A stretch of DNA of 64,000 nt from the human T2T-CHM13v2.0 reference genome, Homo sapiens, in NCBI RefSeq assembly GCF_009914755.1, contig NC_060928.1; one strand, given 5' to 3'. The notes under the pieces are model-generated. The model was not told the origin of the DNA, ran no database searches, and was given only the letters and a program-made list of their open reading frames with translations. Positions 12,404 through 27,779 of this stretch are shown one piece after another; position 1 is the first letter of the stretch, and the number at the start of each line of letters is the position of its first letter. The position numbers and the translations under genes were made by a program.

Positions 12404-15400
12404 TAAGGTCCCAACATGGCCATTAGGTGACAGGAAAGCCAATGCAGATTGGTATATAGTGAACTTTGTTGACATTAGAACATCCTCAGAGGTAAGCTAT
12501 AGGAGAATGAGAAATTTTGCTATCAATTATTTGAAATAATTAAAAATAAATCTCAAGCTAGGATCTACATTCCTAAAATGAATGAAATCAGAGTAGCAAG
12601 CTGCTGAAACGGTTGATAATTACAGCAAATAGACTGTAAGCAAAATTGTAAGTATTTAGTGCCTTTGATATTGTTATTAACCTCCTCTCTCTTATTTAGA
12701 ACTTGTGAATTTTAGTTGAGGGAGGGGGTTGAGTACATCAGACGTGATGAAAAGGGGCAAAACTGAAGGACAGAAGGAGTAAGAAGTGCTCATAGAGTAA
12801 TTTTGTGGGGAGCCCTGCTTGCCCTATTACAAACCAAAGAACACTCTTTTGACATTCCTTCTAGGACACAGAAATTTCTCCACTTAAATTTTCCATTTAA
12901 CCCCTGCCAACAGCACACAGACTATCTTATCATAAGGGAAATCAAGATGAATCTCAGATTTTAAAGCTGGAGGCTTACTTCTATTTATGGTTTCTCTATT
13001 ACTTACAAATGGGAAAAAATGGTTGTGGCTAAGCCAGTCAAAGAATTTTTAAAAATCACTTTAATTTTGCTTGAATTATTGGAAAGGCTGTTTGCTGTCT
13101 TTATTTTAGGTAGCATATTTATCTCTTTAATCCAATTTGTTTATATTATAACCAAAGTCTCTATCTTTCCATGAACATACCCAGGCCAGGGAATAGGAAC
13201 CAGCTTCAGAGCCTGCTGCCCAGTGATAGAAGCTGATCTGTTGTGATTAAATGCAGCCTAGGAAAATCCACAATGATTTTAATTTGCTTGCAGAACATTT
13301 GTTATACATAAAGCCTATGGCTACTTGAGATTTTTTTTTCTTTTATCTTTATCCAATAAGCAGTGATTAAGCAGCGGGCCTCACTTTGGTTATGTGTTCC
13401 TTCTGACTTACCTGCAAAATGACCATTATGTCTCCTCAGATTCTAGTGTTCAAGAAACCCTAGAGAAGGCATGGCACAGTTGTGTTAAGTCTTATTGTGT
13501 AGACTTTTGTCCCTGACCCCTTCTGAGCTGTCCCTGATGACAGCCCAGTGCCTGTCAATAAACTGAAGGCTCTGGAAGGAGGTCCAGTTTCTTATGCTCA
13601 CTCTCAGGGATGATTTCCATGGCCCCAGCTCTTTGTGTGACCTCTATACTCTGATATTTTAAAGAAATACTAGATGGCATGGTATTGGCTGTGATGATGA
13701 AGTTACTAAAAATGACAAATAATGGACCCTTTAATAAGATTTAAAACAGATTTATTGAGCTGTGAGGTTGTCAGTGGTAATGAGATTTTATTCTCATCTT
13801 CTCACATCTCTTAATTTACAGCAGAGTTAGAAAAAAATTGTTTTTAAGGGCCACCAAAAATATGATTCGTGGCTTCTGCTCATGGATATCTTAAGCTCAT
13901 TAGAAAATTATGAAGATGCATAATGCCCAGGGTAAACTAAAGGCTCATAAAACATTTTGCTTAAGGTAAAATTGATTTCAAATGTGCTGGGGGAAGTGAA
14001 TATTAGTTATCCTTAGATTAATTCTCTTTAGCTTCAAGACTACATTGTATGGGGGCAAGATAGTTCTTTAAATTAAAGATGGAATAATTAAAAGTGCAAT
14101 AAATTAAAGGAATTACTTTATTTGATATAATTTCTATGCAGTCTGATCTCACTGATTCTGTTATGGCACTGTCAATGAGTGGTGATGACTAGGTACTGAT
14201 TTCCAACCATATTATTCTTCACTGTAATCACCCTTTATTATAATACTCATCTGCAAGGGTACATCGATCAGAAAATGCCCATTAATTACACTGCTAATGG
14301 TCAGCAAGTGAGAGGATTATGCTAAATGAATATGAAACGAGCTGTAAGTACTTTTGGGGCCACTGTAACTCTAGCAGTGGTACTATGGGCAATGCTGAAT
14401 TCGTAGGCAAAGCTGCCAGCCTGGAGCCGGCAGGGAGCATGCATTATCGACCTTTCATTTACTTGGAAACCTGCAGGGGCTGAAGCCTAATATTAACCAG
14501 TGATACATAGAGCATCTTTGGCATGCAAGGCATGGAGAATATTGTCCTCCGATAATGCAAAAAAAAAATGAAGATGTCTCTAAATGACACAGTTTGATTC
14601 TGCTTCAGGTTTTGGAGTGTTTCCTGTCTGCTCTGAAGAATAAAATTTGAAACATGAGGCAAAAGCTCTTTATATCTGAATATAAAATATAGCAAGGAAC
14701 AATGATTTTCAGATAAGATGTTTCTAAATACATAGTAGGTTAGTGGGTGCATTTATTTAGTATACATATGTATTAAATTGTTCTTCCACTAACTTCCACA
14801 TACTTCAGATTATTATAATGCTTACCAATATGCAGATGTCTTATTTTTAAAAGTAATAGGATCTTAATCCAGTAGTATTTAACCTTGACCCTACTGGTAT
14901 TGAAATTACGCTCCTGTTTTTTAAAAGCTATTTGCAGTGTTAGAAAGATTACAAATTTCTCAAATTTGGTCTTCTACTTGTGGCACAGGGGATATTGTTA
15001 GTATAGTTTTAAAATGCCATTGAGCTTGAAAGTTGGAGAAAAGGGAAAGGAGATGACTTTGAACTTGCTTTAATAGAGAAACAGAGAGTACAAAATTACA
15101 TAATTAGAGAAAGAAGAATATAGGTTGATTTTATGGACCTATTCACTGGAAAATCAGAGTGTAAGTTGATTTTCATATTTGAAATAAAATAAAAAAAAAA
15201 AAGAAAAAGGGCTGGAGAGCTGCAAACACTCTTGTAAAGAAGCAGAATACGTTTTCTTCTTTATCCAAACTTACTGCTAACACGATAGAGTTAGAACATT
15301 TTTGGACTATTCTTAAGGTCAGTTAGAAGTACTATCCACCAGCAAAAAACAGCTTTATAAAATACATAGAAGAAGAAACAGGTAACTAAGATGCTGAACT

Positions 15401-17133
15401 TCATAAATATTATTACTCTTCACTGGTCTCTCTATTGAAATGCCAGAAAAACTAAAAATAATGGCTCTATGCCGGCTAGTTTTTTTTAAATGAAGCACTC
15501 AAATTTTCAACTCACATCTTTGTATTCTCTGCCAAAAAACTTTGATTTTATTGTATTTTTCAGGTTGTATTAATGAATTTCTTATTTTTGGCATTGAGAA
15601 TACAATGCTTTTGTCTCCTGTAGATGCCAAATGTAGGACAAATTAACATTCAGCATACCTATTACTTGGAAATTAAAATACTGTTACATTTCTTCTGAAT
15701 GATTTCTTTTATTACAAAAATATATTTAATAAGACATTTAAAAAATGAAGTGGCCCTTGAAATTTCAAAGTAATTTTTATTATTTCCATAACTCTCTTGT
15801 CAAATTAATTAGATATTGTGGGCCAAATGTGTAGTTTAAAATCATCAGATTAATGCAAATGACATTTTATATGTAAAATTAAATAGGAGACTTTTAGAGA
15901 TTTCTTAATTTAACCTGAAAGGCAATTGTGAAAACAGTTCCTTTTGCCAAAATTAAAGATATTATTTAAAATTAATTTTAAAGCTAAAAGACAAACATTA
16001 CTTCAGATTAAATGCTAAAGGACAAAGATTAATAGTGAAAAATCTTTAATTAGTAGGAAGGAATTGAGTGGAAAATTATTAACTCGTTGCTTCATAAATC
16101 TTTAATACTCATTGATTAATGCTTTATATTTAAAGATATAATCACCAGAGTGTAAATAACCAGTATAACCTTTCTTAATAGTGGGCTAAAACATTCCACC
16201 AGGCATTTGAAAGACATATCCTTCTGGAATAGTTGGACTATGTTATTCTGAAAATATTGAAGCCGTTTTATTAAGAAAACCAAATTCTCATGAACTTTGG
16301 AAACATTTATTAAACCTTCAATCTTTCTTTCTTTCTCCCACAAACATCACACTAGCTATTTCAGAAATACTAAATTTACCACTATCATTTTAAAAAACAT
16401 GATTTCTTAGACTATTATTAGGTAGTCATTTAAAAACACTCTTTAAGAATTTATTTTTAATTTCTTAACAACTGTATTTCATAGAACTGTGAATATCATG
16501 CTCATATTGGTCAAAATGTGGGCATTTTTGAGCTGCTTTGCTAATAAACATAACTGGGGATTGTTTTCTCATCTTCAATAGTGATGGAAAAGGCCAGGCA
16601 GTAAGGACAAAATGAAAACTCAAATATATTTTCATTAGCATGTAAGGATTTTATAATAGAAAAATTTATTTATTACAATTTCTCTTGGGGTGAGCATTGT
16701 CTGAGAGAAGTACTTTGATAAAGCAATTTTGTAGATGGTAATAAGGGAATAGTCCCTCATTTTCTGGGAACGAGATAAGAATAATTTTTTGCTTCCATAA
16801 AATAGTTAGTGAGGGGAGAGAATAATAAGAATTAGTAAGCTGCCAGAATGCTGTGTGTTGCATAATACGGTTGATCTTTGTGATATCCCACACATGCTTC
16901 ATGTCAGTGTATTTCTTGCAGAAGCTCGAGAAGGTGCTGAATTTTGCAATACCTGTTGATATATGGTGAGACAGATGCAATACACACACAAATAGAAGCC
17001 AAAGGCAAGTTCTGGACCTAGAGCTAAAAATTCGAGACACAGAAAATTAAACAAAGGCATTATATCAGCATGCTGATGAAAAATATCCAACTCATAGTCC
17101 TGAGGACCCATGAATGAGATTGAGGAAGAAAGC

Positions 17134-17390
17134 TGTCCTTAGTCAGCTTAGGGTGCCATAACACATATCATTGCCTGGGTGGCTTAAACAAGAAACCTTT
17201 ATTTTTCACATTTCTGAAGCTGGCCCATCCAAGATCAGGAGGGCAGCAGGTTCATTTCTCAGTGACGGCTCTCTTGCAGAGGTCTGTCTTTACACTGTAT
17301 CCTCTTATGGTCCAGAAAGAGATCATTTCTCTTGTATTTCTTCTTATAAGGGCACTAATTCCATTCGTGAGGATTCTACTTTCACAAACT
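17134..17390 (-). mobile_element. MLT1A0-like LTR fragment
   Basis: tgtccttagtcagcttagggtgccataaca...gggtggcttaaacaa...tcttataagggcactaattccatt. Confidence 0.8.
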
Positions 17391-18050
17391 GAGATAAGGA
17401 AAGAACATTCTCCTTGAATTTAGCAACATGGATTTGACATCCATGGAGGTCCTTGGAGGCTTGACTGGAACAGTTCCTATGGAACAAGAGGAAGAAACTA
17501 GTCTGTAAAGAACCTCATGACGAACAGGAAGTGAGGAGGTAAGGAAGTGGAGAATGCTGTGAAGACAACTCTTTCAAGGAGTTTGACCATGAAGTGGAGC
17601 AAAGAAATAAGGACATATTTAAACCAATATATGGGTCATGGGAAATATTTAAAAAATTATTTTATTTAATATGCATTAAATTACTTACACATTATTTATT
17701 TACCTTAAAAATCATGGCAGCTGCCATATACTATTTGGAGGCAATGTTACAATAGAAGTAAAAAGACTGATAATGCAGGAGATTTGGGGTTACTTGATGA
17801 ATAAAGGCTTTGAAGAGAAAACAAGAGATTGGCACCAAAACACAATGAAATGGGTTGACCTGTTATAGGGAGACAACATAATGGGAGAGAAGAAGAAGGA
17901 TTATGTTCAATCTGTTTTTAGGAGGAGAGATTTTCATCTCATGACTCCAATTTTCTAGTTCTAGTGAGAGGCAGGTTCATTAAGAGGGTGTTACTGTGGC
18001 AGAAAGTAGCAACTGTATAAAAAGAGTGAAAAAAATATGGGCAGTATCAA
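17391..18050 (-). mobile_element. L2 fragment
   Basis: tgaatttagcaacatgga...ggaggtccttgg and gaagacaactctttcaaggagtttgaccatgaag. Confidence 0.65.
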
Positions 18051-18149
18051 ACGCCAACTGGCAAAACAAAACTAGTCAGCTCAAGTGTAAACTTTTTTTT
18101 TTCAAGTAACTACTAGTATAAGTGCTATGAATGCTATTCGGAATATGTG

Positions 18150-18402
18150 ACAGGAACTCAGGTGGCTTGTAACACAGATTCTGGGGAGAAGACAAATCTT
18201 ACATTCTGTTTTGAAATTCTGCTTTTATTTCTTCTAGCTGTGTGATCTTGGGCAAGTAATTTTATTTCTCTGGCCATTGATTTTGTTCACTGTAACATGA
18301 CTATAATAATACCTATGTTGTGTATAATAAAAATTAAATGAGTCAATGTATATATGGTCCCTAGAAGAAATTTAAAAATCCTTAATACATGACAGCTATT
18401 GC
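18150..18402 (+). mobile_element. MIR SINE
   Basis: ctagctgtgtgatcttgggcaagtaattt core. Confidence 0.8.
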
Positions 18403-18639
18403 TATTTTACATAGATATTTCTCTTATAAAAGCCTCTATGAGTACGACAGCTTTGTTTGTTCAGACCTTTGATCGTTTTCTTTATCTGCAAGATATTTTC
18501 TTTGTTTTTAATTTAGATCAAACCATTTGTGAGGTTTGGCACTCAAATTATTTATGCATTATCTTGAATCTCTTTATATTTTCACATCCTAACCCTCAAT
18601 AACTCCAGAGTATTACTCTGTTTTGACGGGATAAAAGAC

Positions 18640-19280
18640 AAAATGAATCCCATATTTGATTGCAATTAATTAAGAAGAAATTTCTGAAGAGATGAGTGAT
18701 GAGTAGAATTTTGAAGAGAAGCAAGATATTGATGAAAAGAGCAAGAAATGAATTTGTAGCTCAGTGGGTGGGGGAGTTTGCATGAGGAAAGATACAGAGA
18801 TGAAAATGAGCAAATCACATGTGAGAGATGGTCAGCAGCTATTGCTCGTGGGAGTAGAGAGGCTATAGTGAGAGGTAATGAGAAATGGAGGTGGGATGGG
18901 ATCCTGGGGGGTGTCGTATTAGTGGAAAGCTCTGAAGGTCAGATAAGGCTTGGGATGTGCATAATAAGTGACATTGAAGCCTTGGAGATTGCTGAGCAGG
19001 CAGGACACCTGAAGAAAATAAAGTCAGAGGAAAATCATTTGAGCATCAGCGAGTAGGTGGGATGTGATGAAAGAGACTGAAGATAGAGATATCTGCTTGG
19101 AAGCCATCACTGCAATACAGTTCTGACCTTTAATGGACCTGGACTGGGTGGCTATGGGAGCAGAGAGAAAAGGGTAGATTAAAATAACATAATTCAGTGT
19201 TTGTGGGAAGTTGTGTGAAGAAGAGCTAAGAGAGCAATATGAAATAACTCAAACTTGATAAGCTAGAGTTTGGAGGGAAC
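18640..19280 (-). mobile_element. L2 fragment
   Basis: Purine-rich reverse L2 motifs (gaagccttggagattgctgagcagg; cactgcaatacag). Confidence 0.6.
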
Positions 19281-22109
19281 TTGGAGATTACAGTGATACG
19301 GTATTTTGACAGAAGGTGGGGTGGGGGCAATAGGAGAAGAGAACAGAAACGATTTGATCAGGTGACGTCCAATAAGACCAATGTATTTGTGTGTAAAACT
19401 TACATCTGAATATACAATAATGAAAAACTAGGACTGGTTAATACACTGCTGCCTCAAGGAAGGAAAAATAATGAGAAGGAATATTTATAACCCTCTCCAG
19501 AAATTTTAATCTTAAGCAATCACAGGTCAGATAATGTTTTTGTTTGATTTTGCATATAGTTATAAAACTGTGCCAGAGAGAGATGGTAAGTATGCATTCC
19601 TTGGATCCATGTGTCTGTCCATCTTCCCTCTGCAGTATTATCTTGTGCTGCCAACCTTTCAGGACTGGGAATAGGAAGATGAAGTTTTCCACGATACTGG
19701 GTACTCCATGAGACACCTCAGAGGTTCCAACAGCCTCTCTGTGGCTTGGGAATACAAGATGAAGCAGGATTTTCCTGAGAGCTGACATTCATTGAGGAGT
19801 TGTCTCAGGTGCCCTGGATCATGAGGTGGCTTGGGACCACAATCTCTAAATGATTGAAGAGACCCTGATGAGCACTTAGCTGCTGGCACTGAGCTCAGTC
19901 CTTTGCATATGGTTGTATTTCATAGACATCACTTAAACACGACTGCCTTGCAATCTATGCAAATAGCGCAGTCAGTGTTGGAAGTGAAATCTTTTTCTTA
20001 TAAAAAGCTCCCATGAATTTCTTAGTTTGAAATGCTTTTCTCAAATTTCTCTGTGCATAAGGAGAGGAAAGACAGTGCCCTTTCAAGTTTGATCAGATCA
20101 CAGAAATACTGTTAACTTTAACACTTTCAAGGTATCTTTAACTGTGAAGTAAAGTGTAAATCAGCAGGAAAAACATGTTTGGTTTCCTGAGTAAGATGGG
20201 GAAAATTTCACCAGTTGACATCCAGCTGGTTTTTAGTATTGGCTTCTAAGTGTTGTGTTTTTAATAGTGCTGACAAAACTTTAAAAGAAAGAGGAATACA
20301 TAGTGAATATAAGATGCAAGTCCCTGTTTTAAAGAATGTGGTCTGATTGATTTCATATATAATATATATATATCCTATTTATATACATATACATAATTTA
20401 CTAGATAGTATGCATCTTATGCATCTTTTACATATTATAGAGGCACACATTTCTCTGTAATGTATATGTTCTAAGTTTATTCTCTCCAATTCAGTGGACT
20501 TTAATACTTTTGTACACTAATTTATTTTTAGTCAAAATATGGCAAATTGTGGTTATTTCACTCCATTTTTAAAACTACTTTTGTAAGGCCTGAAGATTTA
20601 AATTACAATGCATATTATGTTGGTGTTTGGTAACATGCTTGAGATTTCTATACCTAATGAAAATGTTTATTTTCTTTAGGAATAATTTTACACTTTATAA
20701 TTTATAGCTTAATAAAATAGTATATATCAGGTGGAATGTGAGAAATAAGGAAATTGATCTATTTTGAATTTGTAAAGAATGCTTCTTTGAAAAACTAAAC
20801 TCAATTTAATAAAAATATTAATACATTAAGTTGAAGAAAACCTGGCTTAAAAATGGACAAGACAAAGTATTTTAAAAAGAAGATGTTTCATGTATTTGAC
20901 CAGCTTTCTATAAAATAAAGCAGGGACTGGGTGCATGGCCAGTGTGTGGGCAAAAGAAAAAGCCTTAATCTTCAACCACACTGAATCACCAGAAAGTGTA
21001 TTACATCTTCCACCTGTTTGTTCAATGGCCACAGGGGCTGAAACGTGTTTTTCAAATTGCATTCCACAGTTTTCCAAAGCATCTTTGAATGTAGTAGCTC
21101 TTTTGGAAATTAAGTGTGATTTTTGAGAGTCAGGCTTCTGTGAAGCAGAGTGAGAACTTCTTAAGCCATGAATTGGGAATAGCTTCTCTCCTTCAGGTCA
21201 CCTTTACGGGTTTTCATGTTTGTGTTGAAATGACTGTGAGGATGGCTTCTCATTTAAGTGATTGCCGAGTTTTGGTGAGCCCCTGGCGTGGCTAGCTGGA
21301 TCTCTAGTCTGCCTCTAACTGGTTGTCACATCCCTTTCTCAGCACTAGTGGTTTCTCTGCCCTCTGGGAGGTTCACTGAGACTCAGAAGTTGCTCCAGCA
21401 CACACATTCCCAAACCCCAAACCCTAAACCCCAGCATCAAAATCTTTTGGATGAGCTTCTAAATCCATTCTTAGATATTTTTAAATTTTAGAGCAGGAAT
21501 AGAAACATTTTAGACTTGCTCATTCAAAGGAAACCCAACCTTTGAGTTATTTTATTGAGACTAGTTTCTTTCATTTTTAACATTTTTCAAAGTCTCCTCA
21601 CTATGCCCAGACCAGTTCAGTGCTTCTTTTTCACAATCCCATTTAACAGGTGGAGTAAGTGGACCAATTCCATCACCCACTACCTAATGCATAGAAATTC
21701 ACTGTCTCCTTTAAAATCCGTATCAAAGCTGTTGTTTCTTCCAGACTAAGAATAAAGACCAAATATCCACGTGTGAGGAAGGACTGAATGTTAATTCCCT
21801 GCCTCTGTTCCTCAAAAGTCTTCTTCATTTTAGTGTGTTCTCACGAAATACCGTTCCCTTTACACGATGACGGATCCTGAAGAATTTGAGTATGAGTCTT
21901 CTGAGGGAACCAGCATCCTTCCTTATCCCTTCCCAAAGGTTGGGAAAGTGGTGGGCAAAAGCTAGTCAGAAATATTTCATGAATAGGGATCTCTGCTTGT
22001 TCTTGGAAGCATCCTAGATCATGGGAATGAGAACCTGATATCCAAAGTGGAGGTGTAAAAAAGCACAAGAGTTTTTACTTATTATGGGATCAGGAAAAAG
22101 CAAAGTCCC

Positions 22110-22650
22110 TAATTTCTGTATTGGGACTTTTAAAATAGCAGTGACACAATGCTCAGCTCAGAATAATGTAAAGGTGTTTTTTTTTTGCTCATAAAACCAA
22201 AATGTCTGGGAAGAAGATTCTTTGGGCAACATAGGACTCAAATGATTTCCATCAGGACAAGATCTCCCTTTATTTCTCCACACAACCTTTCTGGCATTGA
22301 CTCCTTTCACTGATAGACTCGCCGTTAGGGTGCAACATCAGCCTCACAGTTTATTAGAGTAAGTGCGCCATCAGTCAGGGCACAAGGCTGGCACTGCTTG
22401 GACATGACTGACTCAACTCGGACCGTGTGCTCAAAGCTGAACCAATTCCTGCCTCTAGAGGAAGGAGGTGATCTGATGGATCAGGCTGGGATCACATGCT
22501 ACTCCAGAAACTGGAGGTGGGCTTAGCTCACAGCAGCCATGTGGTTTGTGAATGAAGGAAGGTTGAGTCCCCATATAAAGATGAGCGTGCTGCATATAAA
22601 GTAGGATGAATGGATTCTTGGGAATCAGAAACTACAGTTGTTTTCTCTGC
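22110..22650 (-). mobile_element. Old MaLR LTR (MLT1J/K-like)
   Basis: tgaaccaattcctgcctctagagg...tctgatggatcaggctgggatcacatgct typical of reverse MLT1J/K. Confidence 0.65.
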
Positions 22651-24296
22651 CCCTAAAGTGCTTTCTCCTGAAAGTATGTTAAGGAAGAAAGCTGATATTT
22701 CACAAGACCAAGGTACCTGGGTAATAAAGTTATATAATAAAGATAAACTTCTACCAACTTCCTTGGAATTAAAATTTTTCTAAATATACTCCACTGCACA
22801 ACTCAACTCCATATTAGATTTACTGATGGCAATGCAATCATCAAACTTCATGTATATGATATATTTGGAACAAGTGTTGAAAATGTGTGTTTATAATTCT
22901 CTTTACAACCAACATGAAAAGACCAGCAGACATCATTTGAAACTTTTGAAATACTTTGAGTGATTTTGATATGGTCTTACATTAAAACTGCTAGCAAAAT
23001 TTTGAGAAGTACAGAAGGGACAACAAAATGCGGTGGAGGAAAGAAAAGGAAATTACAACAGATGCTGAGGTTATACAATTCATTATGTATCAATTTGTCT
23101 TATTTCAATAATCCTGCTATGGAAAGTGTTTCTCAGGCTAAAGAATATTGTGACATTATTTCTTAGTATAAGCCTATATCCAAAAAAAAGAGAAATTCTG
23201 CTGATATCCTATTTATTCTTTAGATTTTCCTACTTCAAATAAAAATCTGTCAGTGTTTCTTTTTTGTTTTTCTTTCTCAGCTTCTCCAAGTGCTGGATCA
23301 AGCTTCTATCTCCCCTGTGAATGAGGTCTGTTTTGTAAACAATTGGCATAGCATTGCTGACAGCTCAGACAGGTTCTGGAGATTCAGGGGAAGAAAGAAC
23401 AGAAAATCACTGGCAAAGTCTGCATGAGCTCAAAAGTGTAAAATATGTTTCATGGTGATGTTTTGGATTAAATATTGCTCTTTATCTGGTCATCTTAAGT
23501 AAGACACACATATGTGTATATTTGCGCACACATACATTGTCCTTGATGGAGGGGCATTGTCATTTGAATAATCAAGATACATACTTTCTACATGGTGCTG
23601 CTAAGTAGAGTACTTGGATCAAATTAAGTGAATTCAGCCAAATGATCAATTTAATTTTTTCCCTGAAGAATCACTGTGTCGTTGAACCGAAACATCCAAT
23701 TGGTCAGTTATTTTGATGTTTTTAGGAACATTATTCCCTCTTTTATGACATATTTGGGTTTTAGACTTACTGCTCCAAGAGCTGTGTTCCAGACTTACAG
23801 TTTTTTGTCAGGGGTAATTAGGTCAAAGTTGAAATTTAGTAAAAGTGATGGCAATAAAAGCCACAATGTCAAAATGGCATTGTGTTACCTCTAAGTGAAA
23901 AAGTACAAGGAAGATGAGAAAGCATTTCTGGGAAACAGTCAAATGGGTGTTAGCAAATAGCCAACAATTTTTTAAAATAAGAGAATAAGCACCATCTTCT
24001 ACAATCAAGACTATAGTTAATAAGCCTGCTGCTTGTTTCCTTTTCCCCAGTAGGCCCAGAAGAATCCATCTGTGTTCTCATCTATACCTATTTGTAGACT
24101 AGCCTCAAACTCATGAACAAGCATCTTTTGAGTATCAACTATGGAAAGCACATGTGCTAGACCAGAATATTAAAAGGTAGCAGGAAGGTTTATATTTTTG
24201 AAGGTCTTAAAGGAAGTTAGGGGAATAGGAGATATATACAAGCATAAATATTAATTCTAAGAAGTACGAGTTGAGTACTTAATTAATAGTATAGAC

Positions 24297-24972
<676 letters not shown>

Positions 24973-25229
24973 GTATAGATAAGTGTTCTGGTTTATTGGG
25001 GTGCAAGTATGTAACATGTTCATTGTTGATGTTTATTCTCTTCAAGAGAAGTCAACTATACAAAGCAATACATTTAATTTTAAGATAACTAAGGTCAGTC
25101 TCCATTTTTTTTGCAATTAAATAATTGGTTATTTAATTATTTCCAATGGAAGCTTGGCTAGTTAGGGCTAAAGCTCAGCTATATTTGTATTGGTCCCTGG
25201 GTGATTGTTTGATTTGACTATGCACAAGG

Positions 25230-25780
25230 GCTGTATATAAGACAGCAGTGAGAAAGAAAATTGAAAGGATGAATGGCAACCAGAAACTTGAATTCTCTGC
25301 TGAATGAGCCATACTTCAGCAAAGCGGTGCCCTGGAGGTGTTTGAGGAGGAGGATAATCTGATCAGAGTTGTACTTTAGATGGTGTAGAGTTTAGGCCAG
25401 AAACTGGAAGGGAAAGCCAGATAAGGGAACTCACATGATCCAACTTCTCTTACATGTCAGACACTTTATAGAAATGCGTTAAAGCATTTATTTATTTAGT
25501 GGAATGAAAGGGAAGTCCAGTTTATAAAGTGGAACAAGAGGAGAAGGGAAAAGTGCTAGAGAAATTGCAGTCTTGCTTCAGATGAATGTGGAAAGTAAAG
25601 GAGAGAAAAGAATTGATGATAATGCAATCTTTCCTAACCTAGGTGACTGAAAGAATGGTAGTAAGGAGTGAGTAGGAGTTGGTTTCTGGAAAGAAGCTTG
25701 GGTTGAGAAACATGTAAGCAGCTAGGCCAGTTACTGCAGGCCAGCAGATTCGAGTTAGGGGAGACTGAGATGAAAATCCC
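25230..25780 (-). mobile_element. L2 fragments
   Basis: gaggtgtttgaggaggaggataatctgatcagagttgtactttaga; taggtgactgaaagaatggtagt. Confidence 0.55.
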
Positions 25781-25971
25781 TGGCTGTCATAGTAAATATC
25801 ATCTAAAGATCATTCTAAAATCTGTTACTGCATGGCTTAAATTAATGACTCTGGCTTGTATTGTGATGTATCACTTCATCGCCAGTAGTGAGTATGAGAG
25901 AGATTTGTTACATTTTGTGGGTTAGTAAAAAATGGTTAAATAGTTGAAAAAGTTTAAGATGTTATAAAAAA

Positions 25972-26021
25972 ATATATACACATACATACACACATACACT
26001 CACACACACACACATAAACAC
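25972..26021. repeat. (TA)/(CA)n simple repeat
   Basis: Directly visible. Confidence 0.85.
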
Positions 26022-26901
26022 AGAAATTGTCATTCTGAATTTAATAATTCCAGGAGCTGGATGTATTATAAGTGGTCGTTCTTTCAGTTCAGATTTAAAT
26101 ATGTCAAAATCCATATGTTTAACACCTTTGTTTAACATATGCCTCAAACATATTCTGCTTTTTATTCCCCTAACGTTTGGTTTGTGAATACTGAAATAAA
26201 GAAGTTAGGTATTGGATTTATGGAAGCCTCATTGTTTTAGTTTGCTGACTCATAAGGCTTTTCTTTATTCATATTAGAAAATTCTTCAGAAGAATAGTTT
26301 CTGACTGATCTGTGCCATTCCCCTTAAGTTCCTTGTGTGATTAAATAGATGTTCTCACTGCTCTACCAGTCTCTTCTCTTAGTGGCTCAATTATTCTGTC
26401 AGTTTTGATTATTAATCTGCCAACATGTTCACATTTTCTAATTTAGAGAATTAGTAACAATTTCTTGTGGTGCCCATCTTCAGTGATTTGCTTTACTGGT
26501 GTCCATGAATGCGGAGGAAGACTGGCTTTAAGTCACAGTGAGTGACATTTTAATATTTCACAAGTCCTGAGGAGTACACGCTATTCTCCTGCGGAGGCAG
26601 AGTGCACATAGATTTAAGAAGGAGGATTAATGCTGGCTCTAGTTAGCTGCATAAAACCAAGAGGCTATTTCTTACCTTTGTTCCCCTTTTCCTTCCTTCT
26701 TTATTTTCTTTCTTCTTTTCTCTTTTCACTAAAGTGCTCTGCTTCATTAAGTTCCATGGAGTTGTGGTTTGACTAAGCCATGCCCCTTGAGACACTTAGT
26801 GCAGACAAGTAGGCCTCATGCCATATATTTTTTCTGGATAAGATATTTGCATTCTTGGTTTCATCTTTGCCATTCAAGCCCCTGAGAAAAATAAAATATA
26901 A

Positions 26902-27512
<611 letters not shown>

Positions 27513-27779
27513 GGTGAAATCTTAAATGAGGAAAACTTTCTGAAACTTCAGAGTTGCTCTGTTCATGTTAGTACCGTATATCATTAGTATCATATATCAA
27601 AGAAGTTTCAGATGGTACTAGTGCCTAGAGATTACTGAAAATTCAGTGAAATTGATTCATTTCTAGTCTTAGTTCTGTCAAGTGTAGATTACCTTGCCAA
27701 AGGGGCATATGCTATGTTGAGAGATGTCCATTTATGTTGTGGGGGATGTGAGAGAGCGGGGAGAGAGAGCAGGATAAAA

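Noticed and set aside
16666-17040. 124-aa minus-strand ORF in unique sequence
   Set aside because: No recognisable domain and a GTG start; composition typical of random AT-rich ORFs.
23255-23340. Strong acceptor ttttctttctcag at 23280 (also ttccttttccccag at 24050)
   Set aside because: No convincing donor within exon distance; isolated acceptors are common.
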